NCBI GenBank assembly: GCA_030141605.1
Contig: JAQGDQ010000006.1
Span: forward strand, 62,001 to 126,000
DNA length: 64,000 nt
DNA from: Tubiluchus corallicola
Lineage: Eukaryota; Animalia; Priapulida
Direction of reading: 5' to 3'
The stretch's first letter is position 1; each line of letters begins with the position of its first letter. The position numbers and the translations under genes were made by a program. The notes below the pieces were generated by a model that saw nothing but the letters and a program-made list of their open reading frames with translations, made no database searches and had not been told where the DNA came from. This document shows, piece after piece, positions 1-13,610 of this stretch.

Positions 1-801
1 ACAGGACTCTGTAAGCTGCTAAGATCGACAAATGCGAGTACTGATGGCCACAGTCAATGAAATCTAATAAAATTAAAAAGAAAATGTTAGCTAAGCCAGG
101 CACTTACAGTACTGCACAGTTTAGGCTACCTTAGACCTACGAACCTGCTCCATAGAAGCCAGACGCCAAATGCCCTTTAGCTGATGACTGAAGTTGAGAT
201 TTGTCATTTTTCAATGCCCATATCACGTATCTAGTGGCGGAAATGCAAATCGATTCCTTGCTGTTTCTACAATTAGTCGTGTTCCAGTTAGACGCTGCAC
301 GAAAACTATTGGCCATTTGTCACACTAATGTGGAACACTTCATGATTTATGAATGCAGATTAAGCACTTGTTGTGTGTCAGGACGTGTGCCGAACAGACG
401 CCATTTGCTGTCATTCAATACTGGCTTGCTATAGGCATAAAATATGAATTACGCTTAGCATCGAGGTGTTGTTACTGACAAAAGCGGTGATAAACTATTT
501 ATGGCTGCTGTTAACAGATGTAGCGGTATATAGATGTTACATTGTAGTATTCGAGTCGTATAGAGACAAGAACAAAACATCATACAAACATAAAGTGATT
601 AGGGCAATCACCTCTGCTGAAAGTCCAAAAATTAAACAGGCGAAAAACTAAAAACTAGAACAACATACAGAACGTAGACAAAAATATTTTCCAATTTTCC
701 GCCATTTCTGTTTGCTAATCCAGGCTATGGAGAGTTCGAGTCACGACACTGACTATTCTTATTTAGTATTTACTTCACAATCTCCCAGTCACGAGAGCCT
801 T

Positions 802-1934
802 TTAAAAGGCAATGCGACAGCGAAAAAGTATTAAAATGAACACACCTAATGATCAAGGAATAGAGGCGAAAGGAATGAGAAGATGATTTCGTAACAGCAA
901 AACATTAAATCATCTTCATATTTTTGTTTTTAAGGCTGCAGAGTAAAAAAGGTTAAATAATTCTATTAAGATGTACGATTTCGAATTCAACAATCTCACG
1001 AAATGGCCACTTTGTCATATTAAGTGTAAATCGTCACTGTCAATATTGCGTCATAACCGTGTGTCAATTAATTTCATAAATCATGGTGTCACAATTTTTG
1101 ACAACCTAGTAGATTTCGTGGAATTTGCAGTGGCATTTAGACAGTCTCCTTTTACACACATGCAGGCATCTGTATAGTAAACATCTTAACGCAATGAGCA
1201 TCTGAAATAAGCATCCAAAAATATATGGCAGTGCCCCGGAAAGATAATAAAATACCAACCGCAGCCAACATTTGTAGGATGACTTGTCCAATGAGCAATA
1301 AAATGCCAAACGTCGTAGTATTAAAAATAAACTCTTGCAAGCTTCTGTGATATTAGGTAGCCCTGCAGACGTTACACACAGCGGCGTTTCAGTGCTTAAA
1401 CTACAAAAATAACACGTGTGCAGGAACTTTACCTCCTATCACTATGTTTATAGGATTCATTTAGAGAAAAGCACCGACTTTATACCTTCTCTAAATATTT
1501 ACGGCATAATTTCTGGACCATTTCTGGACACACAAGTCTCTCATTCATGAGAGATGGCTAACATTCTGTCCGCGCAGTGTATATTGTCGTGCTTGTTTGT
1601 AAACACGTGGAGTGGTAGTTTTCACGCCATTTTTTATATTTTTCACCAACGGCTGTTAAGTTGTCGACCGCTTGACTCATATCTCCCATATTTTAAATCT
1701 TTATGAGATATTATGGTAACTTCACATAAATGTTTTATCTTAATTTCTCAAACATGTTGTCAAGGCACGAACGCCCGTTTTAGATACATTTCCTCGTCAC
1801 TTTCTAATTATTGCTGAAAAATCATTACACTGACATGAGATGTCATCAAGCAAACTTTTTTACGTTATGAAAATCCCAGGACCTTGAGGCTTAAGCACAC
1901 AACTATCGTGCTTTCACTGTTTTTGTCGTTTTAA
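802..1934. mobile_element. Possible older Kolobok-like element
   Basis: TTAAAAGGCAATGCGACAGCGAA left versus reverse complement of TTCACTGTTTTTGTCGTTTTAA right; weak match only. Confidence 0.25.
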
Positions 1935-3479
1935 GGTGACTTTGAACAGATTTCCAACTGATTTCTTTTACACCATTAAAAACATGGCCGTGAATAAAGT
2001 GCGAATTACGCTTTAAGGGAAAATTCAATACTAGTTTTATTCAATCGCAGAAGCAGAAAATAAAATAACAAAGTTGCTCGAGTTGCTCGGAACAGTCCAC
2101 GAAATGCAGATGTATTGATTTGGAAACATTTTTTTACGCGCTGAAGAGAATTTGAGCGATTGAATGCGCCAGGATACGAATATTCTTTGATAACTCTCGC
2201 ATCCCGATTGCCTATACAAACCTCATTTTTGTGCTTGATAGGCATTCTTATTACGTACACTAGTGATGCTTGTTATTGTTATTCAAAACTGAAATTTCCG
2301 AAGCAAATAGTTCCATTAAGACTAATTTGCAAACAGCAATACGCATGCGTCATAATCTTCAGCACATACGCTAGGCATGTTTTGCATGTTCTATGTAGCA
2401 GCATCCAAGCTGCTCACACTTTTTGTTACTTCAAGATCTTCCCACAAGGTTTTCCTTACATTCCAATCAAATATTTAAGGAAAAACTTGCTTTAGTTAGA
2501 GAAATTTAAGTGACACAAAGCAGCACATGTATAAACACTGTTTGATGCTTGTTTTACAAACAGCTTTTGTGTTAATCATGTTCGTATGAAACAAAGAAGC
2601 TTATTTTCGTCTCCATTTGTCATTTATAAACACGCTTAATTTTTAACGAAGCCCTGTTTGTTCAGTTGCCGTGTGCTATCTTCTTGTTTCTACAAAAAAT
2701 CTGTTGCCGTCTACTTTCTTGTCGAGCTTTTCGACGAAAAACAAAACTAAACATTTGAATGGCCAAGACGCAATCCCCGAATTTACAACCTTGTAGTTGT
2801 CCATTTTAGCAAGGCACTTGTTCGCTGTTCAGAAGTTGTGCAATTTTCATCATCTATCAAATGGCCTCAGTAAATAGTAATCAAGAGAATGTGTTTTACT
2901 AGTGCTGGCTGATACGGACTTGTGTATTTTCTACATCAGAATGGCTGATTGATGGGCAATGTACCGACTTGTAAGTAAACAGTGCACACTGTAGACAGAT
3001 AAAAGAAAGTAAGTGGCTATTATTACATTCCTGAAAAGTTGTAATTACCTGCGCGTATAAACCAGCAAATCAAAAAGATGTGCAATATTATCCCCCCTCT
3101 CCCCACACACAATTTCGTCGTTTGAGGTAAGAAGTTTATTTTAGAAACAAAATTATATCACCTAATCACCTCTTTGTAACAAGTACTGCAGCTCAACTAA
3201 TATAAAGAAACGGTCCAACATACGCACTTGGCTTCATTATTTTTTGTAGTTTTAAATTGCCTCTAAATATTAGTGACGTGGTCGCCAATCATATTGCCTG
3301 TCTGGCTCTGTTTCGTATATTGAAGAGACGACACCACAATCAACAAAACAAATTTTTGGTTGCATGTAGTGAATATGCGTAAGGCTTCATTAGTCAAATT
3401 ATCCTACCTCGATCCACTGACCTTTATTAACTGAGATGTGTATACTTGGGTCAAATTTATTAAAGATATCTTAAGCTTT

Positions 3480-3910
3480 ATCGAATCTAGGCAGGTCTGG
3501 GATAATCAGGACAGTAACAATGTAAACAAGAAAATTGCAAAAGCTTAAATTAAAACTTGAAAGTATGTAATTGGTCAAATGGGAGATGATATCAACAGAG
3601 TACCTAATGATGAAAATCCGGAAGGAAATAAGCTGAGAACCTATTACAAAATAAAAAAACAGTAATGTTATGGAAAATTGTTTGCTCACCAATACGTTGA
3701 CCTCCAAAACTAATACAACTTTTTGTAAACTACGAATAAGTGCCCATAGTCTAGCCATTGAAACAGGCTAGCATCATAAACCGTACAAGTTACCGATAAA
3801 TGAAAAAATTTGTAAACAATGTAATAATAATGAAGTGGAAGATGAGTTACACATGATGCTTGTCTGCAATAAATATGAACATAGTAGACTGATTTTTTCT
3901 AATTTGGACC
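3480..3910 (+). mobile_element. 5'-truncated non-LTR retrotransposon (LINE, RTE-X-like) ORF2 C-terminal fragment with CCHC finger
   Basis: Manual translation: GNKLRTYYKIK /frameshift in A-run ~3655/ MENCLL...FCKLRISAHSLAIETG*HHKP...KICKQCNNNEVEDELHMMLVCNKY, the typical RxSxHxLxIETGR...CxxC...EDExH...C tail; in-frame TAG at 3769-3771. Confidence 0.85.
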
Positions 3911-6900
3911 AATGATATGGATATTTTAAATATAGTGCGTAACTATGTATAATATTGCTTTACGAATAGGTCATGAATTTAATTGTTAATATCTAAAGGG
4001 ATGCTACACCATTAATCTAAATTCTGTGTTTATATTAATGTTATATGGGTTTTATACATCAATATGTAATGTCGTCCTATGTTTGGAAACGTGCAAATAT
4101 TTTTTTCGTTTTTTTATAAATACTTTAATTGTACTTCTGTGAGCGTGTGTGTTAAGTACTGTAAATGACTGTAACAATCTGTAGTAATGTTTACCTAATT
4201 AATATGTCAGATATATCAAATATATCAACAAAGTAGTTGCGTCGCAAATGTTGTATCATTTTTATCTACTATATACTGCTTGGATAGTTTTCTGCAGATA
4301 TAGGCCTAGCATGCGGAGAACCACGAGTCATTTTACTGCCTCTTTATCAGTGGCCCTACAACACGTATAAATTTGAAGCAAACTATATCGTATTGAAGCA
4401 TTTGAGATCATTGAAACTTCTTTGTCGTTTAATTTGTGTAAGTTCGAATGAACGTCAGACGGAGTGATAAATGGCTACTGGTGACTAGACTGCTTGAAAC
4501 ATATGGAGAAAAAAGTTAAATTAAGCGACCGTAACCCGAGATTGGACAGATAAGTCATTTGTGGAGGATCATTAAGTGTCCAAGAAAAATGAGGTATCGT
4601 CTTCTAGAAAGGCGAACCATAGCCGTTAGTAGTATATTGCAGTCTGGTGCAGTTATGACACTGACTGGCTTCAATATTATTTAACATGCTTGCAAGCCAG
4701 CATGTTAAATACAGTAATGTGTAAAGGGTATGTCCACTTAGTTTTCATCCAGCTACCAATTAACGCGCCAGCTGGAATGGTAGCCGGCACTAGACACATC
4801 CTTTTCCCTACCCGGGGTTCCCTCTTCAATTGCAAAGTTGCTGATTAAATCCTCTATTTGTCAGCAACAGATACAATGTCGGCGTTCTGTTATCACTAAA
4901 GTTCTACTTTCCACTGATGTGGCTTTCTCGCCTTGCCGTGCAGCCCCCACCTGGTCAGGGATACGACTGCTACAACGAGAGATACTTCTACCATTCCCTT
5001 TGTCTTAAAGTTGGGTACCACGTGTTACCTTTTCTTGCATTAGTACCTAATCGGATCCCAAAATCTCTTATCTCTCTGTTCGTCTCGCATAATGTCAAGT
5101 AAATCTTACACGAATATTTATTTATTCGTTGGTCTTTTATCTTCAATAGCTGTAACAAAATGTAAACAAACGTTTGTTATTTTCTTTAAGAAAAATTTAT
5201 TTACAAATTTTCTACGCATAAATATAAGAGACACGAGTGAATATATCTGTAATTCACAGTTGAGAATTCCTGTATACCTTCACTAGAGAATGTCCAGTAT
5301 CGAACTGCGCTTTGCGAATACGAGAATACTGCAAGAAACAGAGACACGATCATGTGAAATGGATTGTTAAGTCTGAAGCAGTGTCTCATTACTTGGTTTC
5401 AGCCTGCATTATTTACTATTCACGACCATCGAAGTGTCATAAATCAGCCGCAATGAGCGCACGAGAAGTTACAAGAAACAATTAAAATGCGGAACACTCA
5501 ATTTACGAAATCTGAAAAGATCATTAACAACAAACGGAAGAGCTCGTTAAACCACCAATGAAAATGACATGTTAGTGGAAGTTACAATGTCGAAGTATTA
5601 GTTTTTACTACAGCTGTCGCCCTTTTTGCTTTTTTAAATCTTTTTAGGTCTAATGGGAGTGAATATTATTTAGTTTTACATTAGTTACTAGCATAATAAT
5701 TTTTCTGTTTAACAAAACAGGTTTAGTTCCACAGCTTCAAAACACGACCAAAGCGCCCTCACCGGACTAAGGACGTCTCTGCGCACTCCCGCTGTAGGCT
5801 GAATCTTCTGCGGTCACCATCTGTGTAAAACAGAGCCGAGCAGCAGGCAAGTTTGAACTCTTCTTTCATTAGTTTTTTTAGCTGGGCGATTCGACAGGTG
5901 GACAGATAAAGTGTGTAGATGTAAGTACTATATTACTACTGTTAGGTTACCTTTACTGGTTTACTTAAGTATAGATTCAAGCTTAGAGACAAACACATCA
6001 AGTCCTCGGCGTAGCCCAACTTCGATGACCAACGGCTATTTGGACTCGGCTATTCACTTTGCCCGAAAAGCTGCCCATTTTAGGCCAACAAAATGCAACA
6101 ACTTTGCGTACTTTGTTCAGCGCCAATTTCGACACCTCGTCAACTACATTACCAAGATTACGTTACTATATTAGACTTCGCCTCCTCCTTAACGTTATGT
6201 AGACCGCATTAATGCGCATAAACTTGTAAATCGCCATATCTCTACGCTTGTGTGCACATTAGTTCACATTCTATTGTCCAGGGATCACCCAGCCTTTCAT
6301 TATGAAGCCAGCCAACAACTTATCCTGAGCGGGAGACTGAGGCATGGCAAATTTCCATCTTTCCTGTTGGATTACGGTGCGCCCTGTAATGAATATTTCA
6401 CAATCTCTCAGATATCGAACGTGCAAGTCATATAATGAAACTACAGCTCGACGCCATTGAATTGTGCGAATATTGCTATAGGATTTATATAAATATTTGC
6501 TGAAAAACACGTTTTTCATCATCGTCATCATGGAAACGAGCTTTAGTGAAAGCCATTGGTATAAGGGCGTATTCACATTCACGTGGTAGTAATAGTGCGA
6601 AGAATGTAGTACTTGAGGCTGACAGTTACAATGATTGTCAAATCAAGGGACAAAATGGCAGTAGTCAATCGGATATCAACAAAATTACATTGGATAAACC
6701 ACATGACCGTTGCCCTCATCGCACAAACTGCACATATGTACACGCCTCCATCCAACAAGTATTAATCTAGGATTATGTGTTAGCAGACGTGTAAAATAGT
6801 TCATATACATATGAGCTGGATATGAGGCTCATAAAAAGCTTAAAATACAAATAACGAAACAAAACTAATGACTTTGCACTTTCTACTGCGCTACTTAGCT

Positions 6901-7549
6901 TTGGTGAATTTATGCAGTAATATCTTGTATATCGAACACGAAAAGCTCTAACCATAAAATTTCTGCTCCCCGTCGCGCAAACATCGTTTTATAAACAGTT
7001 GCAATCTACAGCTGTACGAAGAAACTGCACCTTTGAGAAAGGCAATTTAAGGATGCTAGTGACATGTATTAAATGCACTAAAGTGTGTCTAATGTTTAAA
7101 CAATAAAGTTATTGTTTTGCCAAGGGAGTTTTCAAACTATTTTGTTCATCTAGTAGAAAGCATTGTCATTAACATCTCCATGACATTTTACGACATGCAC
7201 AGTTTAGCGACTAGAAGCCGAATGTGTAATTATAGATTCATGAAGTAATTTCGCGGAGCCTGCAGCTACTTATTGTGATGAAACTGATGTAAGCTCATCA
7301 CGTGATTCGTGCCAAGAAACACATTCACTGTGCTCCCATGATTCACAAGCTTACACTTTATGACTTGTTCATAAACACGTAACAATGCAATGTGTAATAT
7401 TGTCAACCTAGCGTGGCAGCTTCGCCCACTAAATGGTGAAACCAAATTACTGTGATTATGGCGACGGGGAATGTTGCTTTCTCAATTTAAACAATTAAAT
7501 TACTCAGTTTAAGTAACTCATTCTATAGAAGCGTAAATCCGGTTACTTA

Positions 7550-7836
7550 AGGCGCGTTCAGACTAGCGATTTTCTCGTCAAGGTAATTTGCCAAGTAACT
7601 CGCAAGCGTGTTCAGACCAGTGACCAAAACTTGCTGCGGTTACTCTTCGACAACAAGCGCGAGTTATCTCCTTTTTTATTCACTACCAGGTATCGAGAAA
7701 CTCACCGAGGCAACAAATCAACTGGCAGCAACTGTCAGAGAGTTTGCAAAAAGTAATTCGCAAAGCAGTTCACACTTGCCAGTTAGGTGTCAGAGAGAAA
7801 AGTCGTTACAGAAAGCTCACTAGTCTTAATGCTCCG
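7550..7836. mobile_element. PIF/Harbinger-like MITE (~287 bp)
   Basis: GGCGCGTTCAGACTAGCGA versus reverse complement of TCACTAGTCTTAATGCTCC (15/19); TTA on both flanks (7547-7549, 7837-7839); internal repeat of the terminal motif GCGTGTTCAGACCAGTGA near 7606. Confidence 0.65.
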
Positions 7837-7859
7837 TTACTCAATGTGAACACAAACTG

Positions 7860-8160
7860 ATGCTTGACTACAATGTTACCAAAACTGAGCATTACGTTAC
7901 ACAATTTAAATATTAAGTCAGCAAATATGCGTTTTAGGTTGATAAATTTGAGCACCAAGTTATTCATCACTTATTTAAGTATCAAGTTACCTAATTTAGT
8001 TAAGCATTACCTCATTCAAAATAAGCATCACATCAAGTTACTTCATGCAAGCATTGTGTTATTCAATTAAAGTATCAGCTGATTCAAAATGAGTATCAAG
8101 TTACTAAATTTGTATTTGAAAATTAAATTATTCAAGCAGGAAGTTACTGAGGCTAGATAA
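7860..8160. repeat. Degenerate ~21-25-bp tandem repeat (RAGYATCAAGTTAYTCAA-like)
   Basis: Recurrent GAGCACCAAGTTATTC, AAGTATCAAGTTACC, CATCAAGTTACTTC, GAGTATCAAGTTACT; similar TTACTCA motifs continue left of the MITE at 7440-7546. Confidence 0.6.
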
Positions 8161-10956
8161 GTTAGTTTCTCAACTTCTCGCTTAAAAAGTCTCGACAATA
8201 ATTTATTTTAGTATAATCAGAGCAAGGAGTACCCGCACAGTGTTACCCTTATCTGTAAGTGCATAATAGAGAGTATAAAATGATCACTTATGCTCGGTAA
8301 TCTGGCATGCAAGTTACTGCAATTGACTTTACAGTTTACGCAAACGCATTTTTAGTATGCAAGTGAGTCTGTACATGATAATACATCCTTCCTCACGTAA
8401 CAGTCTTTTGCAAATACGTTACACCTAGTGAATATGTAGTTAGTACAGTTAACAATAGTTTTCCTTTGCCATTTTGTAGCGATGTTTTCCACGAATACTC
8501 GAGAAACTCTTTTGCTAATCAGGTTGGCTTCAGCGACTGTGTCTCTTGTATCAGCTTGAATGGCAATGGCTTCGTTAAACTAATCGATCAGCGTGAACAG
8601 GACTGAACAATCTTCACGTCTCACTGACACTAGCAAATAAGTTTTAACACCTTCTTGTAAACAAGTGTATAAAGTTATAGTGCGTGCTTGGCTGCGAAGC
8701 AACGCTGGGTAAGGTTAGTAAATGAATAAGGAATCTATTTTTAAGGTTTCTTGGTGGGTTCTGCAAGGTTTGGCTTCGATATTGCCCAGGTGATTTCTCT
8801 CGTTGAAGAAAGTAAGCGCATCCGAATTTACACTAGGCAATGAGGCCACACGATCTGATTCTTTTTAGTTCGTTTCTCAGCTTTAATGATTTCAACTAGT
8901 AAGCTAACATTTAAGCAAGTTAATTTGTTTACAACGAAAATTTGATTTTAACTGTAAAATAATTACAACTTAGTATTTTATTGTTTAATGGTAAGATGAA
9001 ACCTTTACGTGTTTTTCGCTGCGGTTTTATCAGTCTTTTCAGGAAACGTGACTGCACCGAGACGTAAGGCTGATAAATAACGGTTCCTATAGCGAGGCAC
9101 ATTGAAAAAAACAATAAACATCCCAGCACAGATATGCTCTGCTAATCCCAAAGCCATCACGAACTTAAAAATTGGAGAGAGAGTATTCAATATATAATTA
9201 CTCAAAAAAGTCTTTACATTTCAAGGCAATTACAACCAAAGTCTGTAATAAGATAAAACCCGAGTCATCACATAATATATGAACATCTAGTCATGGAAAT
9301 GCCCTGTTATTTCAAAACCATTGCAAAGAGAAAAATATGAACCACTCCGCTTCAGAATGCAATGCAGATCACTCATAGTGCAATAATTTGTGAAAAAGCT
9401 GCAGATTTATAAGAAAAGTATGATTAAAAATTTATAGCTAGCCATAAAACTCAACAAACAGGCAGTTAGGAACATATAAATATTTATCTTTTGACAAAGT
9501 GTGCATGGAATTATGGCTCTGGACAAGATTGCCTTTACTTTACGCTGTAAGCATTGCATCGGAAAGCAATAAAAGAAACGCATAAATCACGTTAGCCTGG
9601 AAATTTTCCTTGTGAACTATAAGGATAAGGTGAAAATATATGAGCGTGATGATGCGTAAAAATTGTCCATTCTTCTTCTCTATAACTGTTTATTGGGAGT
9701 GTATATAATAAGGTAAATTATTAAATTATAATATTATAGCAAAGCTTATTCCTGTATAATGAAATATTTGCAAAGATATAGGTTATACTCGCTCATGTCT
9801 GATGTTGTTGTGAATTAATTTGAAATCTTGACGACTAGTCCCAGTGACAACATGTCAAAAACGTTATGAAAACTGTTCTACACTCATGTATTTTTCATTT
9901 TCCTATGAATATTTTATGAAAAAGAACGAAGAAACCGGGGGAGCAGTGGTGCTAGCTAACTTAAGCGATTTCTTTGAATCTGTACTGCACTAGTGCTTAC
10001 TAGGCTTTACGACTTATCAGCGCTCTCGCTAATGCCATAAAAGTCCAAAACTGGACTAAAATGATTTCTCAAAGGTTACTTGTACTGGGTAAGCGATGCG
10101 ACGCTTATTTACAAAGCGGTTTCTTAATTCACACGTTTTAAACAGTTTGCAAAAGTAGAGTATGAGTTGAGGTACTCCTTCTGGATGAGTGATGACAGAT
10201 TAAGATTTGGTTACATCATAAACTGAGTAAAACGGTTTTTTTAAATTACTTGATCTGAGTGAGTAACAAAATACAAATTACCCCAATATTGAGATTAATT
10301 TTCTGATTCATTCCTATGCTTCGAAGTTGAATATATAACTAATCGGTTGGAGCATTTCTTAAGTTAATTTTTTTTTTATTTAATTTTAACTGACATTAAA
10401 AATTTTGTCATTCCATAAAGTAATACCCACACAAAACCGTTCTTGTTACGCTTAGAAACCGAAAAAAATATAAATTTTCTCATCTATTTTTAATGCCTGC
10501 ACCATCATGCTTTCTCAAACTCACTAGTTTATTACCTGCTTCTGTAGCGCGTAAGCAAACAATAACCATCTAATTTCAACCAAAAATTTTATTGATTACA
10601 CAAACTCTCTGACAAAATGGCAACAAAGCTTGACAACACGTCTTCGGGTTTATTCCAAGTACATGCGGGTTCATTAAAACGCGCAGTCATAACATTAATG
10701 AGTTTACAGATTAGCATAAACTGGTTAAATGTAGCTGTCAGCTGATAGGGGCTCATATACGCCAAAGTGAAACCATATTATGTAATTACTCCGCTGGGTA
10801 TAGAAAAACTGTGACGATATTTTGATGAACAACAAATTGATAATTAAAAATTTATCGCCATTTTTGAAATATCAACGCGATGACCAGTGATGAACAATGT
10901 TCATCATTCTGTCATTTCAGTAATGTTTATAATATCATTAATTTCACATTACTCAC

Positions 10957-11016
10957 CAGATCTTGGTGTTTCTAGTTAATGCTGTGTTTGTGATCCCCTG
11001 ATAGTAAGATATAATC
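10957..11016 (-). other. Candidate 60-nt spliced exon of an unidentified minus-strand gene
   Basis: Strong acceptor ttttttccattttcacag|G and consensus donor CTG|gtgagt exactly 60 nt apart; one frame open (IISYYQGITNTALTRNTKI), could also be UTR. Confidence 0.55.
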
Positions 11017-12192
11017 CTGTGAAAATGGAAAAAATGCATAAAATTATAATTGCTGTTATGACTGCATGACTATAACTTAATCATTATCTATTGCTTCACA
11101 ATAAAGAGCAGACGCTGTGCTTCAAAGCGAAGAAATGAAAACTATAATACGAAAATTTATCAGTGATTACTGACATCTAACAAAAGAGGCAAAAATAAAA
11201 AGTAATGATAATAACATTAGCAAACCGCAATGGCAACAAGAGCAACAACGACAGCGACAACAACAAGAACAACAGCAATACTTCAGGCTTGCAAAAGAGT
11301 ATATGCTTACTTGGTTTCATAGCCTTCAACACATTTGCCTTTACTCAGTGAAACGCAGTTCGACGTTATGCGAATAAATAATTTACGCTCTTACCAATCA
11401 TACAACATTTTACGCAATTGTATGACAACAGGCAGATGTATACCATAAAACAGGAATGAATCTTTTTAAATATTAAAATACGAGCCGAACAATTGTTCGT
11501 TACACTGTTCAAAACAAAGTGAAATTAATCATTCATGGAGGAATAAGTCTACATCAAGTCTGCGTCAAACTTCTTGCATGCACGTTGCTATCGGGCGGAC
11601 TTAAAAAGGAGTAGGCCTATATCGTGCATGGTTCTGCATGCAGAGATATCGAAATTGATTATACGCAAATGAGAGCTGAAATTAATTTCATTGTAGCATA
11701 AGTTCAGGGTACTAGCGCTGAACTAAAAGGCGCTTTATACTTTGGTTACGTCGTGTTCAGACCCATTCATTGCAAATGCTAGGAAACGGGACGGCATGCT
11801 TTACATATAGATTAATAATTAATACAATGTCACTGTATGGCGTATATGAGGGTGTAATGGCCTAGAAACGCCACAATTGTGTGTTAGGCACAAATATTTT
11901 GTTTAGGCAGTAACCTGACAGATGATAGCACTATGAATAAATAAAGATATTGCTAGCAGTTGTGCTTTGATATTATGATATTAGATGCATCATGATATTA
12001 TATATATATACGAGCGTGTGTGTGTATAATACAGACGTATGTATTTGTGTTTCAGTGTTTGCATACAATGCGATATACGCAACGTATCTACTTGAAAGTC
12101 AAAGAATGTTTAATTTTAAACCGTTTACTTGTATTAACTACTGTATGTATAAGTTGTAATGTATAAATAAAGGCATTTTTATGTGAGTATTC

Positions 12193-12400
12193 GAGACAGA
12201 TAGCTGAGGGGTGACGGTTTAAGCTTTGCGACCGAAGTTGAGTAAGGCCATTGCTGGGCAACGAATGCTTTGTGACTATCTGGGTTCAGTACTGCCTTTG
12301 GGCGGTTTCATTTGCCATACTGATTCTGGTTGTTTAGCCCGCTCGAAAGAGGATGTAAAACATACATCTGAATGTGTTTGCCTCTTTAGATGAGACAGCT
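12193..12400 (+). mobile_element. Possible degenerate tRNA-derived SINE
   Basis: A-box-like TAGCTGAGGGG (12201-12211), B-box-like GGTTCAGTACT (12283-12293), downstream TCGAAAGAGGATGTAAAAC reminiscent of the MetaSINE core; box spacing longer than in tRNA. Confidence 0.35.
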
Positions 12401-13457
12401 CTGCTATTTTAGTGTCTTATTTTAGAGCATCATCCTTAATAATGAAATATACTCCGGTCCTGCCATCTACGACGGATACGTCCTGCAGTTGGGAATTGGA
12501 TCCCAGCTATAAAATGCTGAGTTGTATAAAAAGGCTCCTTTTTGGCTACAGTTCGCCTGTGGTACATTTCGACAGGCAAATTTGTCTGGTGTGTTTGTAT
12601 CTTTTCCTCTAATTAAATGTTTCAGTTCGCCAATGATATGCAGACAAATAAACGCATGGGACTGAGGTCAATTAAGTGGAGCCGTCGAACCAACACCCGA
12701 AATCAACAAAAGAAATTGACAGGACACTATATAAGAAAGGACTTCCTAGGCAAACACACGTCAAGACTGCCGCTTGACCATTGCTGAATTTCCAAAAGGG
12801 GGTGATAAATATCTATAATTTTTTATTATTATGTTACAAAAAAGAATAAGGGTCATAAAGAACATAGTAGTTCTGCGTTAACACATTTCCCAATAAAGAA
12901 TTTTATGAATTGTGATAGCTTTCCTTTAGAATTCCGTTTAACATTACGATTATCAGAATTCAGAATTCATAATTTTGAAGTTATAAAAGTTGAAAAGTTT
13001 TTAATCCGGTCATTGCGGTGTCTTTTCTGGTGTTCTCCAAAGAATGTTTCAACAATCTTGCAGTGTAAGTATATTAAAAACACTCCCAAAATCCTGCTAA
13101 TAAAACAACTTTTCGTTAATGATTCATCACACTTTCAATATTATTGTTATGTAAAAGTTGCATTATGCAGTTACAAATTGCAGTTACAAGCAAGCATCCT
13201 TTGACTGGTGGTCGTGGTTCTTTGACCGTCCACACTTTTAAATAATGACGACAATCATCCTGTTATTATCATTATTATTATTGTTATCGTTATCGTTGTC
13301 GTTATCGTTATCATTATTATTAGAATTTTATTTCAGTGACCAGAAAGAGCAAACGTTTACAAGATACAATTAAAAATTATGAACAGTAAGAACTAAAGTA
13401 ATAAAAGTGCTTGCAGCTTAATAATAGAATTAAGACTAAAGTAAAGTGACTTTAATG

Positions 13458-13610
13458 TGGCGAAGTATGCGCTGGTGAAATGTACCATTGGTAAACCTGA
13501 AACATTTTTGTTAAAGGATAAGGTAATAACCTAGCGGAGACATTTAACTGGCGAAATGTACCGATGATGAAATATGTACAGAAGAAATGTACCATGGCAA
13601 AATGTTTGTT
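13458..13610. repeat. Short ~15-bp periodic repeat GGCGAAATGTACC
   Basis: GGTGAAATGTACC, GGCGAAATGTACC, GAAGAAATGTACC, GGCAAAATGT in two clusters; typical of subterminal arrays of DNA transposons. Confidence 0.55.

Noticed and set aside
5201-5389. 62-aa minus ORF with signal-peptide-like start (MIVSLFLAVFSYSQS)
   Set aside because: Only a weak donor (GAAG|gtatac), no recognisable domain; hydrophobic short ORFs arise readily in AT-rich DNA.
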